NCBI GenBank assembly: GCA_043820105.1 | Contig: JBDREC010000031.1 | Coordinates: forward strand, 1 to 50,912 | From: Pseudomonadota bacterium | Lineage (GTDB): Bacteria > Bdellovibrionota_F > JAHFAK01 > JBDREC01 | Length of the DNA stretch: 50,912 bases | Direction: 5' to 3' | Shown here: positions 49,475-50,912 of the stretch, piece by piece | Layout: every line of letters begins with the position of its first letter | Position numbering within the stretch: the stretch's first letter is position 1 | The notes under the pieces: model-generated | What the model was told of the DNA's origin: nothing | Seen by the model: only the letters and a program-made list of their open reading frames with translations | Databases searched by the model: none | Made by a program: the position numbers and the translations under genes

Positions 49475-49762
49475 CTAAACTCCTTCATAAAACTCTATGC
49501 TATCACCTTTTTTAAGAGTCACATATACTTTTTTCCAATTTGGTCTTTTACCAAAATCTTTACCAATTCTTTTTGTCTTCCCTCTTTGAATCATAGAAGA
49601 AATGTTTGTAACTTTAACATTAAATAGCTTTTCTATAGCTTTTTTAACTTGAATCTTATTTGCATCTCTTTTTACTTCAAAAACAAACTTATTCTCTTCG
49701 TCTTTAAGAGTCATCGCTTTTTCAGTAATATATGGACGTCTAATTAAATTATATTCACTCAT
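49475..49762 (-). CDS. rplW: 50S ribosomal protein L23
   Basis: P.ITEK, ANK.Q.K.A.E.LF.VKV, WKK..VTL. Confidence 0.97.
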   Translation of the reverse strand: MSEYNLIRRPYITEKAMTLKDEENKFVFEVKRDANKIQVKKAIEKLFNVKVTNISSMIQRGKTKRIGKDFGKRPNWKKVYVTLKKGDSIEFYEGV

Positions 49763-50376
49763 TTTAATCGCTCCGTAATTTTTTCAAGTGCATTCTTTGA
49801 TATAACTAATGCATCATACTTCAATAAATTGTACATTGATAAACTTACAGGTTCAGAATAATGATAGCCTATAAGATTGTTTAAAGATTTTTTAAGGCTT
49901 TCATTTTCAAAATCAACAACTAAAGCATTTGGCAAATCAAGCTTCTGCATAATTGATTTAAAAACTTTTGTGTTAGGCTTTTCCATTTCAAATTTTTCAA
50001 CTAATCTGATTTTACCATTTTTTAACTTATCAGTAAAAACCATTTTTAAAGCTGCTTTTACAACTTTTTTATTAAGTTTTGCCTTATAAGATCTTGGTAT
50101 AGGGCCAAAAACAGTTCCACCACCAACACAAATTGGAGACCTTTCAGTACCTCTTCTTGCTCGTCCGGTTCCTTTTTGTTTGTAAGGTTTAGCACCGCCG
50201 CCCCTAACTTCACCTCTTGTTTTAGTTGATGCATTTCCACGCCTATTTCCAGCTAGTTGTGATATCAACACTTCATGAACGACACCTTCATTAACTTCGC
50301 AATTAAAAATGTCTTCAGAAAGGTCAACTTTACCAACTTCATTATTATTAACATCAATGAGTTTTTCGTTAATCAT
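49759..50376 (-). CDS. rplD: 50S ribosomal protein L4
   Basis: [32 protein letters not shown] 50376 follows GGAG. Confidence 0.97.
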   Translation of the reverse strand: MINEKLIDVNNNEVGKVDLSEDIFNCEVNEGVVHEVLISQLAGNRRGNASTKTRGEVRGGGAKPYKQKGTGRARRGTERSPICVGGGTVFGPIPRSYKAKLNKKVVKAALKMVFTDKLKNGKIRLVEKFEMEKPNTKVFKSIMQKLDLPNALVVDFENESLKKSLNNLIGYHYSEPVSLSMYNLLKYDALVISKNALEKITERLK

Positions 50377-50436
50377 TATCTTCTCCAAAAATTTTATATA
50401 AGCATTAACCTTAATATATAGCTGTTTATTAAAATG

Positions 50437-50751
50437 TTAATGAAGTTTTATTTCAACCTCAACTCCAGCTGACAGGTCTAGTTTCATTAGAGCGTCAATT
50501 GTATGTTGGGTTGGATCTAAAATATCAATTAATCTTTTATGTGTTCTAATTTCAAATTGTTCACGTGATTTTTTGTTCACATGTGGTGATCTCAAAACAC
50601 AATATTTATTTTTCATTGTTGGAAGCGGTATAGGACCAGCGATTTTTGCGCCAGTTCTTTTAACAGTTTCCACAATTTCACTTACTGACTTATCCAGGAG
50701 TTTGTGATCGTAGGCTTTTAATCTAATTCGTATTAACTGATTTTGTTCCAT
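50437..50751 (-). CDS. rpsJ: 30S ribosomal protein S10
   Basis: [34 protein letters not shown]. Confidence 0.98.
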   Translation of the reverse strand: MEQNQLIRIRLKAYDHKLLDKSVSEIVETVKRTGAKIAGPIPLPTMKNKYCVLRSPHVNKKSREQFEIRTHKRLIDILDPTQHTIDALMKLDLSAGVEVEIKLH

Positions 50752-50765
50752 TTTTTCCTCTTTAT

Positions 50766-50842
50766 TAGTTGCTGGTTGCTAGTTGCTGGTTGCTGGTAAT
50801 TTTTTATCTTAAACTACAAGCTACAAGCTACAAGCTACAAGC
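50766..50842. repeat. inverted heptamer micro-arrays (T[A/G]GTTGC x4 / CTACAAG x4)
   Basis: Fills the tuf-rpsJ gap. Confidence 0.85.
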
Positions 50843-50912
50843 TTATTCCACTACTTCGCTAATAACACCTGCGCCAACTGTTCTGCCACCTTCTCTAATT
50901 GCAAAGCGGAGC
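50843..50912 (-). CDS. tuf: elongation factor Tu, 3' end (partial)
   Basis: Translates LRFAIREGGRTVGAGVISEVVE*. Confidence 0.95.
   Translation of the reverse strand, partial: LRFAIREGGRTVGAGVISEVVE

Noticed and set aside
5104-50240. Numerous 60-180-aa antisense or alternate-frame ORFs in the track (e.g. 5104-5469, 12450-12998, 36875-37228, 38661-38918)
   Set aside because: They are shadows of well-supported genes, with no motifs or RBS.
18006-50842. Short repeats as a CRISPR array
   Set aside because: Units are 6-8 nt in tandem with no unique spacers, and there are no cas genes.

Overview
AT-rich bacterial chromosome segment (roughly 30% GC by eye). The SecY, RpoA and ExeA-like ATPase sequences look deltaproteobacterial/Myxococcota-like (inference). 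From left to right: (1) 1-10.3 kb is a defence/toxin-antitoxin island. It holds a 5'-truncated DUF2779-like remnant, an AAA+ ATPase-PD-(D/E)xK protein, an AbiEi/AbiEii pair, a decayed tandem HEPN-MNT locus, and a coupled two-gene operon encoding a TPR protein plus a 1554-aa BrxC/PglY(DUF6079)-like ATPase fused to a compact PglZ-like phosphodiesterase. This operon is the best candidate for an undescribed system. (2) 10.3-15.4 kb is a PAPS-generating operon, cysC-cysD-cysN-cysQ-tauE, followed by a second divergent tauE 3' remnant. (3) 15.6-30 kb holds housekeeping and metabolic genes: ExeA-like ATPase, ddl, ABC1 kinase, frameshifted prfB, a split LKR/SDH saccharopine pathway, two long palindromic elements, dnaJ-like/grpE, DUF456, and a citryl-CoA synthetase/lyase-like operon with a ferredoxin-fused large subunit. 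(4) 30-35.4 kb is a CzcCBA-type heavy-metal RND pump. (5) 35.6-50.9 kb is the S10-spc-alpha ribosomal superoperon and the 3' end of tuf, with rplC missing. Throughout the window, gene boundaries carry polar 6-8-nt tandem micro-arrays whose G-rich strand directly follows stop codons. No rRNA, tRNA, CRISPR array or transposase was recognised.
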